Numbered from the stretch's first letter, positions 1 through 10,259 are shown. The stretch: DNA of 64,000 nucleotides from Chloroflexota bacterium (GCA_039822165.1 JBCBMS010000017.1:59713-123712), one strand, 5' to 3'. Numbers and translations: made by a program. Notes: a model not told the origin generated them from the sequence alone.

Positions 1-314
1 CATGTTGGCCACGTTCTGTAGACTGAGAAAATTGATGTACTGGTACGTCAGCCCCTGCGCGGGGTAGGTGCTCATGCCACCCACCGTATGGATTACCATG
101 CGGGAGCCACGAGCGCGGCCCTTCAGGCTGGCCGCGTTCCACACATTGCCGCTCCACCACTCCACCTCATCGGCCATGTGGCCCAGCAGCGGCTCTGCGC
201 CGGGGCGCACCAGCACACGCACATCCGCGCCCTCGGCCAGCAGTGCTGCCGTAATGTGATTGCCGATAAATGTCCCGCCACCGGTGACGAGTATACGGTT
301 GCGTGGTGCGACCA
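1..314 (-). CDS. NAD-dependent epimerase/dehydratase family protein, N-terminal part (gene truncated by window edge)
   Basis: Reverse-complement translation from ATG (312-314) reads MVAPRNRILVTGGGTFIGNHITAALLAEGADVRVLVRPG..., a Rossmann GxGxxG NAD-binding N-terminus. It is absent from the ORF track because the window cuts it. Confidence 0.55.
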
Positions 315-385
315 TCGTGGAAGTTGCCCTCTGTTGCGTTTTATTGCGCGAGGGATTCTAACATACCCGATGCAGAAACGGTCAC

Positions 386-1186
386 TCAGAATGTCCAATC
401 CCGCAGAAGAACCGCTACCAGTGCTGCCCGGTCGCACACGCTGCGGATAATCACGTCTTCGTCGTGGGTGCGTGCCCCGCTGCCATGTGGCCCCAGCCCG
501 CCCACTGCCGGGACGCCGTGCGCCAGCGCAAGGGTGCGCTCACCGGCCATACCCGCCGTTGCCTCAAAATCCGTGAGGCCAATGGACGCGGCAAGCTGTC
601 GTATCTGTGTTGCGGCGGCCTGTGACGGTTCATCAGTGGGCGGCTGCGGGGCGCTATCTTCCACCGGAGAGTCCATCACCAGCACAAGGCCACACTGCGG
701 CGCGAGTATTTCGATCACCGGCAGGGAAGCGTGCCCGCCCGTTTCCATGTCACTGACGAACAGCATCCACAGTGGGCGTTTCGGCAGTTCCTCACGTTCT
801 ATCAACCCCTCCACGGCAGTGATTGCCGCGCAGATGCCGCCTTTCATGCTGATGGCCCCCGGCCCCATGATGCGCTCGGTGTCGTCGTCAATGCCGAAGG
901 GCATATCCTCGCCGATTTTGTGGAGGGGGTGTACCGTGTCCATGTGCATCAGGACCATGATGGGCTTGCCGGGGGCGTTTTCGTGCCATTTGAACAGCAG
1001 CATGTCGCCGATGTTTTCCTGCGGCATCTGCTCGATAGACGACGGTTTAAGCGGGTTTACCTGGTCGGTGATGTATTCGACGATTTCGTCTACATCCTCT
1101 TTTGATGGGGTGTATGTCTGGTGCTCAATGAGCATCAACTGACGGACGATGACGTCCCACTTTTTGCCACGGAAATGTTCAAGCAT
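386..1186 (-). CDS. M20/M28-type zinc metallopeptidase (short form, no obvious dimerisation insert)
   Basis: HMDTVH metal-binding His/Asp, an SMKGG-like acidic/glycine loop, a VSDMETGG Glu pair, and a C-terminal His/Glu ligand region. 266 aa. Confidence 0.6.
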   Translation of the reverse strand: MLEHFRGKKWDVIVRQLMLIEHQTYTPSKEDVDEIVEYITDQVNPLKPSSIEQMPQENIGDMLLFKWHENAPGKPIMVLMHMDTVHPLHKIGEDMPFGIDDDTERIMGPGAISMKGGICAAITAVEGLIEREELPKRPLWMLFVSDMETGGHASLPVIEILAPQCGLVLVMDSPVEDSAPQPPTDEPSQAAATQIRQLAASIGLTDFEATAGMAGERTLALAHGVPAVGGLGPHGSGARTHDEDVIIRSVCDRAALVAVLLRDWTF

Positions 1187-1293
1187 GGGATCGAAACTCT
1201 CTTGTTAACGGGTACCAGCATTTTAGCATGGCAAATTACCATTATTGATTTTTAGTTGCCAATGTGTTTTGTGTTTTGAACAGGAAGGGATTA

Positions 1294-1716
1294 CTACAAT
1301 TCCCATATATCTTTTTGCAAACCAGTAATCACTGAAAGAAGTCTATCAAATGTTCTCTCAATAATGACGCGACGCTCTGCCCTTAATTTGACATGATACT
1401 CTGAGTTGATCTTGCTCAGATGAGTCACTCTGTCAAATACCTTCAGGTAATCTTTTTTCCATACCAGAATTTCGTCGATAGAGACGCGCGGTATGAAGTG
1501 ATACATTTCACACAGCTTCGTAAGAATTTCGACATTAGCGACTATATTCTCACCACGTCCGTCAAAAAGGCTATCACCTGCACGGTCTTCAGACATATCC
1601 TGATTGATCCGATCAATTATGTATTGCAGGAGCATGCCAGGCTCATTTCGCGCCCCATCGTTTTCAAAATTTCCTGCTCCCCATCCTGACACAGTATCAT
1701 CCTCCCGAAAGCTCAA
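1294..1716 (-). CDS. hypothetical protein (DUF4259-like), in a low-GC islet
   Basis: 140-aa ORF in an AT-rich stretch (about 1190-1975) that contrasts with the ~60% GC flanks. No recognisable catalytic motifs. Confidence 0.4.
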   Translation of the reverse strand: MSFREDDTVSGWGAGNFENDGARNEPGMLLQYIIDRINQDMSEDRAGDSLFDGRGENIVANVEILTKLCEMYHFIPRVSIDEILVWKKDYLKVFDRVTHLSKINSEYHVKLRAERRVIIERTFDRLLSVITGLQKDIWEL

Positions 1717-2104
1717 ACCTCAAAACTATTATACCCTTGCCCAGGTTGTGTAATTTCACAAACTGTGCATAATATACACATAAGGAAAATGCAACACATC
1801 TCATGGTTATCTTGCGTTTTCTGGCTGTTTGAGCAAGTGACGAACCAGCGGTTGTCTGTAAAATGAGCTGTGCGCCCGGCTATGACGAGGGGCGCGACGT
1901 TGAAAAAATAGACCCGGCAGTGATCCAGTGATGGCCCATCCGCCACACCATTCTTACGGGGATTTTTAGCACAACATGCATAGTGTGCAGGCACGGTTTC
2001 ACAAATCGGGCTGTGTTGTGCTTCAACAACCAACAGGGACAATACAGACAGCCGTGGACACCCGGTGGGTGATACGCGGCTGTTTTGATTCAGGTAGTGA
2101 GACG

Positions 2105-2767
2105 ATGAGCGGGAAAATTACCGCGCTCGAAATTCAAAAGCGTAACAAAGAGCGCGTCAATGTATACATCGAAGGCGAATTTGCGTTCGGGCTGAACCTG
2201 ATGGATGCGGTTAGCCTGCGCAAGGGGCAGGAACTCACCGAGGCGGACATTACCGCCCTCAAAGACGGTGATGCGATTGTCCGTGCCGTTGATGCTGCCG
2301 CCAACTTCCTCAGCTACCGTCCCCGCAGCAGCCGCGAAGTGCGTGACAACCTCAACAAAAAAGACTACCCGCCCACTGTGATCGATGCCGCGATGGAGCG
2401 GCTGCGCACGATGGGCTACCTGGACGACGAGGCGTTTGCCCGCTTCTGGGTAGAAAATCGGGATACGTTCAAGCCCCGCAGTCCGATGGCCCTGGCCGTG
2501 GAACTGCGCCAGAAAGGCGTACCGGACGACATCATCCAGCGGGTGATTGAAACGGTAGACGCCACAGACGCGGCGTATCGCGCGGCGCAAAAAAAGCTGA
2601 ACAGCTATCGCGGGCACAGCGTTCAGGACTTCAAGAAAAAGCTCGGCAGCTACTTACAGCGGCGCGGCTTTGGCTACGAGGTGGTGAACGATGTGTTTGA
2701 CCGGCTCATCGAAGAACTCAACGAAACCGACCCGGACTATTTTGCAGCCGACGAGCCGCCGTACTGA
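2105..2767 (+). CDS. recX: recombination regulator RecX
   Basis: MSGKITALE...RVNVYIEGEFAFGL...REVRDNL...; three-helix-repeat RecX architecture. The start is chosen at the internal ATG 2105, since the longer ORF from 1976 has a non-RecX N-terminus. Confidence 0.8.
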   Translation: MSGKITALEIQKRNKERVNVYIEGEFAFGLNLMDAVSLRKGQELTEADITALKDGDAIVRAVDAAANFLSYRPRSSREVRDNLNKKDYPPTVIDAAMERLRTMGYLDDEAFARFWVENRDTFKPRSPMALAVELRQKGVPDDIIQRVIETVDATDAAYRAAQKKLNSYRGHSVQDFKKKLGSYLQRRGFGYEVVNDVFDRLIEELNETDPDYFAADEPPY

Positions 2768-2836
2768 AGCAAACTCAACTGCAAACAGGAAAGGAGATGT
2801 ACCGGCCCATAACTGCCGGTGCAGCACAGAACTGAC

Positions 2837-4390
2837 ATGAATTTCGTATTTCTATTCATCGGCTTGCTGGTAGGGGCAGGTATCGGCGTGGCCGCCGGGA
2901 TGCCCTACGCCGTAAACCGATACATGAAACGCCATGAGGAACTTGGCACAGCGCGGGTGAAGCTCGCGGAAGAAGAAGCACGGGCCATCGTTGGTGATGC
3001 CAGTGACGAAGCACGTGAAATCGTAAAGAATGCCCAGGCCGAGGCAAAAGACGCGCTGGAAGAAGTCGAGCAAACATCGCGCCGCCGCCGCCGTGACCTG
3101 GATAACGAGGATGAGCGGCTGCAGCGCCGCCGTGACGAACTTGATAAGCGGTTCGAACGGCTGGAGAACCGCGAACAGAACCTGAACAAACGCCAGAGCC
3201 GCCTGGACAAGAAAGAAAACGAACTGAACAAAATCGAGGCGGAGCGCGAGGCCGAACTGACACGCATCGCCCAGCTTACTGTGGACGAAGCCCGCGATGA
3301 AGTACTGGCAATGGCCGAACACGAGGCCCGTAACGACATGGCGCGCATCATCCGGCAGGTGGAGGCTGAAGCCCGCGAAACCGCTGACGCCCGCGCCCGC
3401 GACCTGATTGCACTGGCGGTGCAGCGCCTGGCCAGTGAACACATCAGCGAGATTTCCGTAAGTGTGGTGCAGTTACCGGCAGATGACATGAAGGGCCGCA
3501 TCATCGGGCGCAACGGACGCAACATCCGTGCGTTTGAGCTGGCCACCGGCGTGGATGTGGTGGTGGATGACACGCCAGAAGCGGTGACCATCAGCAGCTT
3601 TGACCCGGTGCGTCGCGAAGTCGCCCGCCGTGCGATGGAAAAACTCGTCAGCGATGGGCGCATTCACCCCGCCCGCATCGAAAAGCTGGTAGAAGACGCC
3701 GGTGAAGAAGTTGAGAACACCATCCGTGAGGAGGGTGAACACGCTGCGTACATGGCAGGCGTTCACGGCCTGCACCCGGAACTGCTCAAGCTGCTCGGTC
3801 GGCTCAAGTTCCGCACCAGCTATGGCCAGAATATGCATGGCCACTCCATTGAAACAGCGAACATCGCCGGGATGATGGCGGCAGAACTGGGTGCCGATGT
3901 AGAAATCGCAAAAGCCGGTGGCCTGCTGCACGACATCGGCAAGGCGATTGACCACGAGGTAGAGGGCACGCATGCGCTCATCGGTGCAGATGCCGCGAAG
4001 CGCTATGGTGTGAACAAATGGGTTGTGAACTGTGTTGCCGCACATCACCACGAAGTAGAGCAAGAGTGCGTGGAAGCGTACATTGTGGAAGCCGCCGACG
4101 CCATCAGCGGGGCGCGTCCCGGTGCCCGCCGCGAAAGTCTTGAAGCGTACATCAAGCGGGTGAAAATGCTGGAAGAAGTTGCAAACAGCTTCGACGGGGT
4201 TTCGCAGAGCTATGCGTTGCAGGCCGGTCGTGAGGTGCGCATCATCGTACGGCCAGAGACCATCGACGATCTCTCTGCCATGCGTCTCTCACGAGACATC
4301 GCCCGTAAAATCGAGGAAGCGATGCAGTACCCCGGCCAGATCAAAGTCCAGGTCATCCGGGAAACCCGCAGCGTAGAGTACGCGAAGTAG
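2837..4390 (+). CDS. rny: ribonuclease Y
   Basis: N-terminal TM helix (MNFVFLFIGLLVGAGIG), a long coiled-coil, a KH domain (GRIIGRNGRNIRAFE) and an HD domain (LLHDIGKAIDHE...HH). Alternative start at 2819. Confidence 0.9.
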   Translation: MNFVFLFIGLLVGAGIGVAAGMPYAVNRYMKRHEELGTARVKLAEEEARAIVGDASDEAREIVKNAQAEAKDALEEVEQTSRRRRRDLDNEDERLQRRRDELDKRFERLENREQNLNKRQSRLDKKENELNKIEAEREAELTRIAQLTVDEARDEVLAMAEHEARNDMARIIRQVEAEARETADARARDLIALAVQRLASEHISEISVSVVQLPADDMKGRIIGRNGRNIRAFELATGVDVVVDDTPEAVTISSFDPVRREVARRAMEKLVSDGRIHPARIEKLVEDAGEEVENTIREEGEHAAYMAGVHGLHPELLKLLGRLKFRTSYGQNMHGHSIETANIAGMMAAELGADVEIAKAGGLLHDIGKAIDHEVEGTHALIGADAAKRYGVNKWVVNCVAAHHHEVEQECVEAYIVEAADAISGARPGARRESLEAYIKRVKMLEEVANSFDGVSQSYALQAGREVRIIVRPETIDDLSAMRLSRDIARKIEEAMQYPGQIKVQVIRETRSVEYAK

Positions 4391-4404
4391 TCAATTCGTA
4401 CATT

Positions 4405-4434
4405 CGCAGGGGCTTGATTAATCAAGCCCCTGCG
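4405..4434. repeat. REP-like palindrome, CTTGAT subtype
   Basis: CGCAGGGGCTTGATTAATCAAGCCCCTGCG, a perfect palindrome, between the convergent rny and GT-C genes. Confidence 0.75.
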
Positions 4435-5965
4435 GTTGTCCATTTTCAATAGCGGCCATGCAGTCTTCTGCCCATACAATCACTTCAACTATCTGTGTTT
4501 CCCAGATCGTGTTGGTTGCACAAATGCCATAGCCCAGTTCCAGCATTGCAGATTGGAATTCATCCAGGCTGTCTACCTGCGGAATGGTCAGATCCTTTAG
4601 TAGCCACACGCGAGGCGCTCCATCCACGTATTCGGTCACACGCTCGGCATACGTCCCCTCCGGTGACGGTGCAACCGTCAGAATGCCGAGGGTCTGGTCA
4701 TATGTGGTAGGAACGTCGCGCATCAGCCACAGGTTCGCAAAGTCGAAAGGTGGGTCGCCCAGATAGTGCTGCTGGGTGTGCTCGTGCAACCACTCGCGTT
4801 CCAGATCGTCCGTGACGTAAAACACCAGCACATCATCGTCATGGATCTGCGTCTGCGCCAGATCAACCGCTGTTTGCATAATCTCGCCATGGATCAGTTG
4901 CTCATGATTGGGCAGTCGGGTCATCGCGCTCAGGTTGAGGCCACCCCATAACCCGGCCAGCACCCATATGCCCACAAGTGTTGTGGTCACCCATCGCGGC
5001 AGTGTTACCAGCGCGGTTGCGGCGACCAGTGCCAGCAGCGGCACCCACAACATAATGTGACGGATGTGCAGCAGGTAATCCAGCGGAACATTGGCCAGCA
5101 GCGCCACCACAATATACGTCCCGGCAAGGAACATCAGGTAGCGCCCGCCGGGTGTTTTCACACGCAGGGTCGCCAGCAGCACCAGCGTCGGCATCCAGAT
5201 GAACAATCCATTGCCCACACCATAGAGCAGGCCGACGAAAATGTCCGTGGGCGGCAGGCTGCGAGAGGCGGCAAGCTCGGTCGATACCACGCGCACCATC
5301 ACCAGCCCCCACGGCACGAACAACAGCGCCGTCACCACCAGCAGGAAAAACAGCCGGTTCCATGCCGGGTTGCCACGTGCCACCAGCAGGTGATACAAAC
5401 CAATGCCGACCAGCACCAGCGCAACAATATAATGGCTGTAAAGCAGCGCTACTCCACTGAACACCAGCAGCGCCTCATAAGGGCGTCCACCGCGCCCCTG
5501 CAACAGATGCCAGTACATCGTCACGCCCAGCAGCGCGAAAAACACAGCCATTGTGTAGCCGCGCATCTCATGGAAGTAGTAAAGGTAGAAAAATGACGTG
5601 CCCGTGATAACCGCTGCCATCAACCCCACACCGTCACTGCCGCCGATGCTGGCCCCGGCGCGATACACCATCGCCAGACTGAGCACCCCCCACAGCAATG
5701 CCATCGCCCGCATGGCATACGGTGACCACCCCGCAGCATGTCCCCAGCCCATAAACGTCAGATTGTACAGCGGCGGCCATGAATCTGCCGTCAGGATGGT
5801 GTAGTTGAAGATGGCGGAGATGTCGTCGCCCTGGCCATAGCGCCCGCCCTGCACTTTGGCGTAGGTGCGCTCCTCATCCAGCCAGATCGCGTCCGCATTG
5901 ATTTTTGATGCGGTGATTGCTGTGACGACGAGCAGCAGCGGCACCATCCACCACCATGTTTTCAT
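4418..5965 (-). CDS. GT-C family membrane glycosyltransferase (GT39/ArnT/PMT_2-like) with C-terminal soluble domain
   Basis: About 11 TM helices. DE motif in the first extracytoplasmic loop (AIWLDEERTY), as in GT-C enzymes. A ~150-aa C-terminal non-membrane domain. Tandem with the paralog at 5972-7549. Confidence 0.65.
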   Translation of the reverse strand: MKTWWWMVPLLLVVTAITASKINADAIWLDEERTYAKVQGGRYGQGDDISAIFNYTILTADSWPPLYNLTFMGWGHAAGWSPYAMRAMALLWGVLSLAMVYRAGASIGGSDGVGLMAAVITGTSFFYLYYFHEMRGYTMAVFFALLGVTMYWHLLQGRGGRPYEALLVFSGVALLYSHYIVALVLVGIGLYHLLVARGNPAWNRLFFLLVVTALLFVPWGLVMVRVVSTELAASRSLPPTDIFVGLLYGVGNGLFIWMPTLVLLATLRVKTPGGRYLMFLAGTYIVVALLANVPLDYLLHIRHIMLWVPLLALVAATALVTLPRWVTTTLVGIWVLAGLWGGLNLSAMTRLPNHEQLIHGEIMQTAVDLAQTQIHDDDVLVFYVTDDLEREWLHEHTQQHYLGDPPFDFANLWLMRDVPTTYDQTLGILTVAPSPEGTYAERVTEYVDGAPRVWLLKDLTIPQVDSLDEFQSAMLELGYGICATNTIWETQIVEVIVWAEDCMAAIENGQPQGLD

Positions 5966-5971
5966 ATCAGG

Positions 5972-7549
5972 CTATGTCCTTTCGTCGGGCAGGCACGGCT
6001 CCGGGGCCGCTTGATCTGAATAATACACCCATCCGGTAATGTGCGGTGTGTCCATGTGCTGCACAGCTTCGGTGTAGCCTTCGGCGGCCAGCGTTTCGAT
6101 CAGCAGCATCTGCTGTTCAATCTCCGGCAGATGATTCAGCCGCAGCAGCCACACACGCTCCGCATCCGCCACAAACCGTGTTGCCTTCGGCACATAGTCG
6201 GCTATATCTGTGATAGGTGTTTGTGGGTCTTCGCCCATGGGGTCATCGTTAGTGATCGGATCCAGCGTGTTGATGTGCGCAAACCGGAACGGCACCTCTC
6301 GCCAGTAGTAGACCATCACCACATCGTTGATCCACTCCCATGGCAGGCCACGACTCTCGATCTCCCCGATATACAGAATCGCCACGTCATCCTCTGCGAT
6401 GCAGTGCTCTGCTGTGTGAATGAGTGTGTCCATTGCGGCTGTGGGGAGGGTCGGTTCGTGGCCGGGAGTCGCCAGCATGTAACGGAAGTCAAAGCTGTTC
6501 CAGATGCCCGCGACGACCCACACGGCCAGCAACACCCCGGTAATCAATCGATACCGCGCCAGCATAGCTGCCGCCCCCACGCCGACAATCACATAAAACA
6601 CGGGCAAAATCCCCACCAGGTGCCGCATGTGGAACAGGAACGGCGCAGCAACATTCAGCGCCAGGGTAATGGCCATCGTCAGGATGACAAGTGCTGCTGC
6701 ATAGCCAGTGCCAGACGTGCGAGCACGCCACCCCGCCGCGACCAGCGCAAGAACAAGCAATGGCCACACCCGGTTCCCGAACGACGGCAAAAACGCCAGC
6801 AGTGGCAGCCACGGCGACGTCTGCCCGATGGTCTGGCCCTGTCCCAGCTTGAAGTAGATCACCACCAGCCACGGCAGTGTGAGCACACCCACCAGTGCAA
6901 TCAGCACGGTCACCCGCACCCACGCCTCCCGTTTGATGCGCCGCCCCCACACCAGATGATACAGGCCGATGGCGGCGACCATCGGGTAGGTCGCCAGATG
7001 CGAATAGAGTGCCAGCAGCGTGAACAGCACAAATCCAGCGGCACGCCAGCGGGTCACCTTGTGCAGCACCCGCCAGTAAAACAGAAAACTCAGGGTTGTT
7101 AGCAGCGGATAAACCGTGTAGCCACGCAGTTCGTGTAGAAAGTAGATGAAAAACGCCGAACTCGCCAGCACCAGTGCCGAAAGCGCACCACCGCCGCGCT
7201 TCAGTGAGGGCGGAGCCACGTCCATGCCAAGCCGCGCTGCGGCAGCCACCGTGAGCAGGCCCGCGAACCACGATAGCACGCGCCCACTGAACGGTGTGAA
7301 CCCGGCGGCTATGCTCCACGGCGTGAGCAGCGCGTAATAAACCGGCGGCCACCGGTCAACCAGTACCAGCCGCTCTAAAAATGCCGCCGGGGGCAGCAGC
7401 GGTTCGTACTGTGCCGCGCCGATCAGATAATACGAAATGACCTCGTCGTACCAGAGCGCATCACGGTTGAGTTGCAGCCCGCCCAGCATCGCTGCCAGCA
7501 CAACGGGCAATATCGTGAGAAGTGTCCGAAAATCAGATTTCAAACTCAT
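5972..7549 (-). CDS. GT-C family membrane glycosyltransferase (GT39/ArnT/PMT_2-like), tandem paralog
   Basis: Same architecture as the gene at 4418-5965. First-loop motif ALWYDEVISY, multi-TM core, C-terminal soluble domain. Lies 7 bp upstream of its paralog on the same strand. Confidence 0.65.
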   Translation of the reverse strand: MSLKSDFRTLLTILPVVLAAMLGGLQLNRDALWYDEVISYYLIGAAQYEPLLPPAAFLERLVLVDRWPPVYYALLTPWSIAAGFTPFSGRVLSWFAGLLTVAAAARLGMDVAPPSLKRGGGALSALVLASSAFFIYFLHELRGYTVYPLLTTLSFLFYWRVLHKVTRWRAAGFVLFTLLALYSHLATYPMVAAIGLYHLVWGRRIKREAWVRVTVLIALVGVLTLPWLVVIYFKLGQGQTIGQTSPWLPLLAFLPSFGNRVWPLLVLALVAAGWRARTSGTGYAAALVILTMAITLALNVAAPFLFHMRHLVGILPVFYVIVGVGAAAMLARYRLITGVLLAVWVVAGIWNSFDFRYMLATPGHEPTLPTAAMDTLIHTAEHCIAEDDVAILYIGEIESRGLPWEWINDVVMVYYWREVPFRFAHINTLDPITNDDPMGEDPQTPITDIADYVPKATRFVADAERVWLLRLNHLPEIEQQMLLIETLAAEGYTEAVQHMDTPHITGWVYYSDQAAPEPCLPDERT

Positions 7550-7899
7550 GCAGGGTTAACAATCGCTTATAAAAGAATTATGCTAGAATGAGAGTGTTAA
7601 AAAGTTGTCATCAAACTGTCTTTATTGGGAACTATTCGCTACAACCACCAGAAGGGGGTGCAGCACCGGGACACGGCAACGGATCAATGCGATAACGCAA
7701 CGCGAACGGCTAACCAGGGTAGAGCGTCTCGACAGGGCCAATTATACACACTACAGCGCCCAATTCCTTATATCACGCTCATTTTCCCTCACACCCGTTC
7801 CAGCATACTGCCGCGCCACCCTACCGCCAGGGCCTGCAGCAACTCTGAATGCCAGTCATTGAACGTCTCCGTCATCGGGGACATTGGAGAACAGAACAA

Positions 7900-9064
7900 C
7901 GTGATACAAGAACTTCTGAATCGTGCCGATCAGCGCGGTTACATCACCTATGACGATGTAATCGAAGTTTTGGAAGACGATGGGGAGGATGTGAACGCCG
8001 TCGAATCGATCCTCTACGAGCTGGATGAACTGGGCGTCGAAATGCGCCAGGACACCGACGCCAGCGAAGATTCTGACAGCGACGACGATGAATTTTCACG
8101 CAAACAGAATGTCAGCGACCCGAACGTGGGTGATATTAACGCCGTGAGCGCCGACGACCCGGTGGGGCTATATTTCCGGCAGATGGCCCAGGAGCCGCTG
8201 CTCACCGCGCAGGAAGAAATCGATCTCGCGATGCGTATTGAAGATGGCCGCGCTGCGCAGGATCAGCTTGATGAGATGAGCGATGATGAACGCGCCGACG
8301 AACTGATCGTAGCGGCACTCAAAGCACGCTCCTGTGATGGGCAGGCAGCCCGCGAACACCTGGGGCGCGCCAATACACGCCTCGTCGTGAGCATTGCCAA
8401 GCGCTATATGGGCCAGGGCCTCCCGTTCCCGGATTTGATCCAGGAGGGCAATGTAGGCCTGATGCGTGCCGTCGATAAATACGACTACAAGCGCGGCAAT
8501 CGTTTCTCTACCTATGCCACGTGGTGGATTCGCCAGGCGATCACCCGTGCCCTCGCCCAGAAGACCCGCACCATCCGCATTCCGCTCCACATGACCGAGC
8601 GCATTCGCCAGATGTACCGCACCGCACAGAGCCTGGAACAGCACCTGGGCCGCCGCCCCACGCCAGAAGAAATCGCCGCAGAAATGCAAATCCCCACCGA
8701 CGCGATCCGTGGGATGATGGACGCCAGCCAGCATGCCATCGCGCTGGAGCGCCCGGTTGGTGATGACGGCGATAGTGAGTTCGGTGACTTTATTGAAGAC
8801 CAGGACTCGCCCAGCCCGGTAGAAGCCGCAACACAGCACCTCCTCCAGGAAACCATTGAAGAAGTGCTGAGCGAACTGACGCCACGCCAGAGCCATATTT
8901 TGCGCCTGCGGTTCGGCCTGGGCGGTGGCGAACCGCACACGCTGGAAGAAATCGCGAACAAGTTTGGCCTCAGTCGCGAGCGTATCCGCCAGCTCGAAAA
9001 AGAGGCCCTGCGCCGTCTGCGTCACCCACGTCTGGCGCATAACCTGAAGGATTTCCTCGGGTAA
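7900..9064 (+). CDS. rpoD: primary RNA polymerase sigma factor (sigma-70, RpoD/SigA)
   Basis: Acidic region 1.1; region 2 (DLIQEGNVGLMRAVDKYDYKRGNRFSTYATWWIRQAI); region 3; region 4.2 (TLEEIANKFGLSRERIRQLE). GTG start at 7900 preceded by GGAGA. The ORF track's longer N-terminus is probably untranslated. Confidence 0.9.
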
Positions 9065-9097
9065 AACCAGTCATTGCTAGTCTATACGTGTATGTCA

Positions 9098-9128
9098 CAG
9101 GAACGTTGCAAAACGTTCCTGTTTTGTG
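9098..9128 (+). terminator. intrinsic terminator downstream of rpoD
   Basis: CAGGAACGTT-gcaa-AACGTTCCTG, a perfect 10-bp stem, followed by TTTTGTG. Confidence 0.75.
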
Positions 9129-9167
9129 TAGTTAATATGTTTCTCTCCCTTCTTTCCACATTTTATA

Positions 9168-9195
9168 GTAGGGGCGTGGCATGGCATGCCCCTAC
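9168..9195. repeat. REP-like GC-rich palindrome (GTAGGGGC...GCCCCTAC family)
   Basis: GTAGGGGCGTGGCATGGCATGCCCCTAC. Inverted-repeat arms match other copies in the window. Confidence 0.7.
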
Positions 9196-9300
9196 CGTGA
9201 ATTTACGGATAGGCTTTAAGTCCAACCGGGCACGGTTCTGGTCATGATTCAGAAAAACGGGTTATATTGGACATCAAAATAGCTCTGTAAGGAATTTGTG

Positions 9301-10242
9301 ATGCCTGACCAACCCCGTTTTGCATACTTCAACGGTGAAATCGTCCCGATTGCGGACGCAAAGGTAAGCGTGATGACGCACGCGCTCAACTATGGCACGG
9401 CGGTGTTCGGCGGGCTGCGCGGCTACTGGAACCCAGACCACGAACAACTCTATGTCTTTCGCCCGCTGGAACATTTCACGCGGCTGCGCAACTCCGCGTC
9501 GCTGATGCGGATGCACGTGCCACAGACGCCAGAAGCACTGCGTGACATTCTGCACGACCTGCTGCGTGCGGAAGACTACCGCCAGAACGTGTACATTCGT
9601 CCGCTGGCCTACAAATCCGATGAGAAAATCGGGGTACGCCTGCACGATATTGGCGACGCGCTGACCATATTTGCAGTACCGATGGGCGATTACGTCAGCC
9701 TGAAGGGCCTGCACTGCCATATCTCGGCGTGGCGGCGCGTGGACGACAACGCCATCCCCGCACGCGGCAAAGTCACCGGCGCGTATGCCAACTCTGCGCT
9801 CATAAAGAGCGACGCCGTACTGAGCGGCTTTGACGAGGCGCTGGTGCTTAACGAGGACGGGCACGTGTCTGAGGCGAGTGCGGCCAATGTATTCATCGTG
9901 CGCGATGGTGTGGTGATTACCCCGCCGATTAACGCGAATGTGCTGGAGGGCATTGTGCGGCGCAGCCTCATCACACTATTACACGACGAGATGGGCCTTG
10001 AGGTGCTGGAACGCAACATCGACCGGACGGAGCTTTACCTGGCCGATGAAATGTTCCTGTGCGGGACGGGTGTACAGCTTGCCGGTGTGACCCGTGTGGA
10101 TCACAGGCCGATTGGCAGTGGCGAGATTGGCCCGGTGACGGAGGAGATTGGCCGCTGGTTCATGGATGTGATGTATGGCCGCGTGGAAAAGTACCGCGAG
10201 TGGGTGTCCCCGGTGTACGCGACGGAGACAGTGACGGGTTAG
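9301..10242 (+). CDS. ilvE: branched-chain amino acid aminotransferase (class IV PLP fold)
   Basis: FNGEIVPIADAKVS...HALNYGTAVFGGLRGY...; BCAT/D-aminotransferase-family motifs throughout. 314 aa. Confidence 0.85.
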   Translation: MPDQPRFAYFNGEIVPIADAKVSVMTHALNYGTAVFGGLRGYWNPDHEQLYVFRPLEHFTRLRNSASLMRMHVPQTPEALRDILHDLLRAEDYRQNVYIRPLAYKSDEKIGVRLHDIGDALTIFAVPMGDYVSLKGLHCHISAWRRVDDNAIPARGKVTGAYANSALIKSDAVLSGFDEALVLNEDGHVSEASAANVFIVRDGVVITPPINANVLEGIVRRSLITLLHDEMGLEVLERNIDRTELYLADEMFLCGTGVQLAGVTRVDHRPIGSGEIGPVTEEIGRWFMDVMYGRVEKYREWVSPVYATETVTG

Positions 10243-10259
10243 GTTTGTAGATTCCTTAT

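Noticed and set aside
88-450. ORFs 68-259, 88-450 (+) and 123-437 (-) at the window start
   Set aside because: A different minus-strand frame gives a convincing Rossmann-fold epimerase N-terminus (…VTGGGTFIGNH…) that runs off the window edge. The listed ORFs are alternate-frame artefacts.
2852-3663. Long minus-strand ORFs (2852-3442, 2856-3263, 2905-3663) overlapping rny
   Set aside because: Antisense shadow ORFs typical of high-GC coding DNA. The rny reading frame has clear domain content.

The same reasoning rejects the following antisense or alternate-frame ORFs:

- 6041-7102 and 6489-7352 (opposite the GT-C genes)
- 8168-9040 (opposite rpoD)
- 12813-13937 (opposite the GT28 gene)
- 19429-20829 (opposite copCD)
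- 28019-29039 (opposite the ABC exporter)
- 34471-35374 (opposite mfd)
- 37645-38700 (opposite the thiolase)
- 39488-40654 (opposite gltA)
- 43202-44491 (opposite the MVP-like gene)
- 46272-47411 (opposite metY)
- 49292-50488 (opposite metX)
- 52034-53146 (opposite the MoeZ-like gene)
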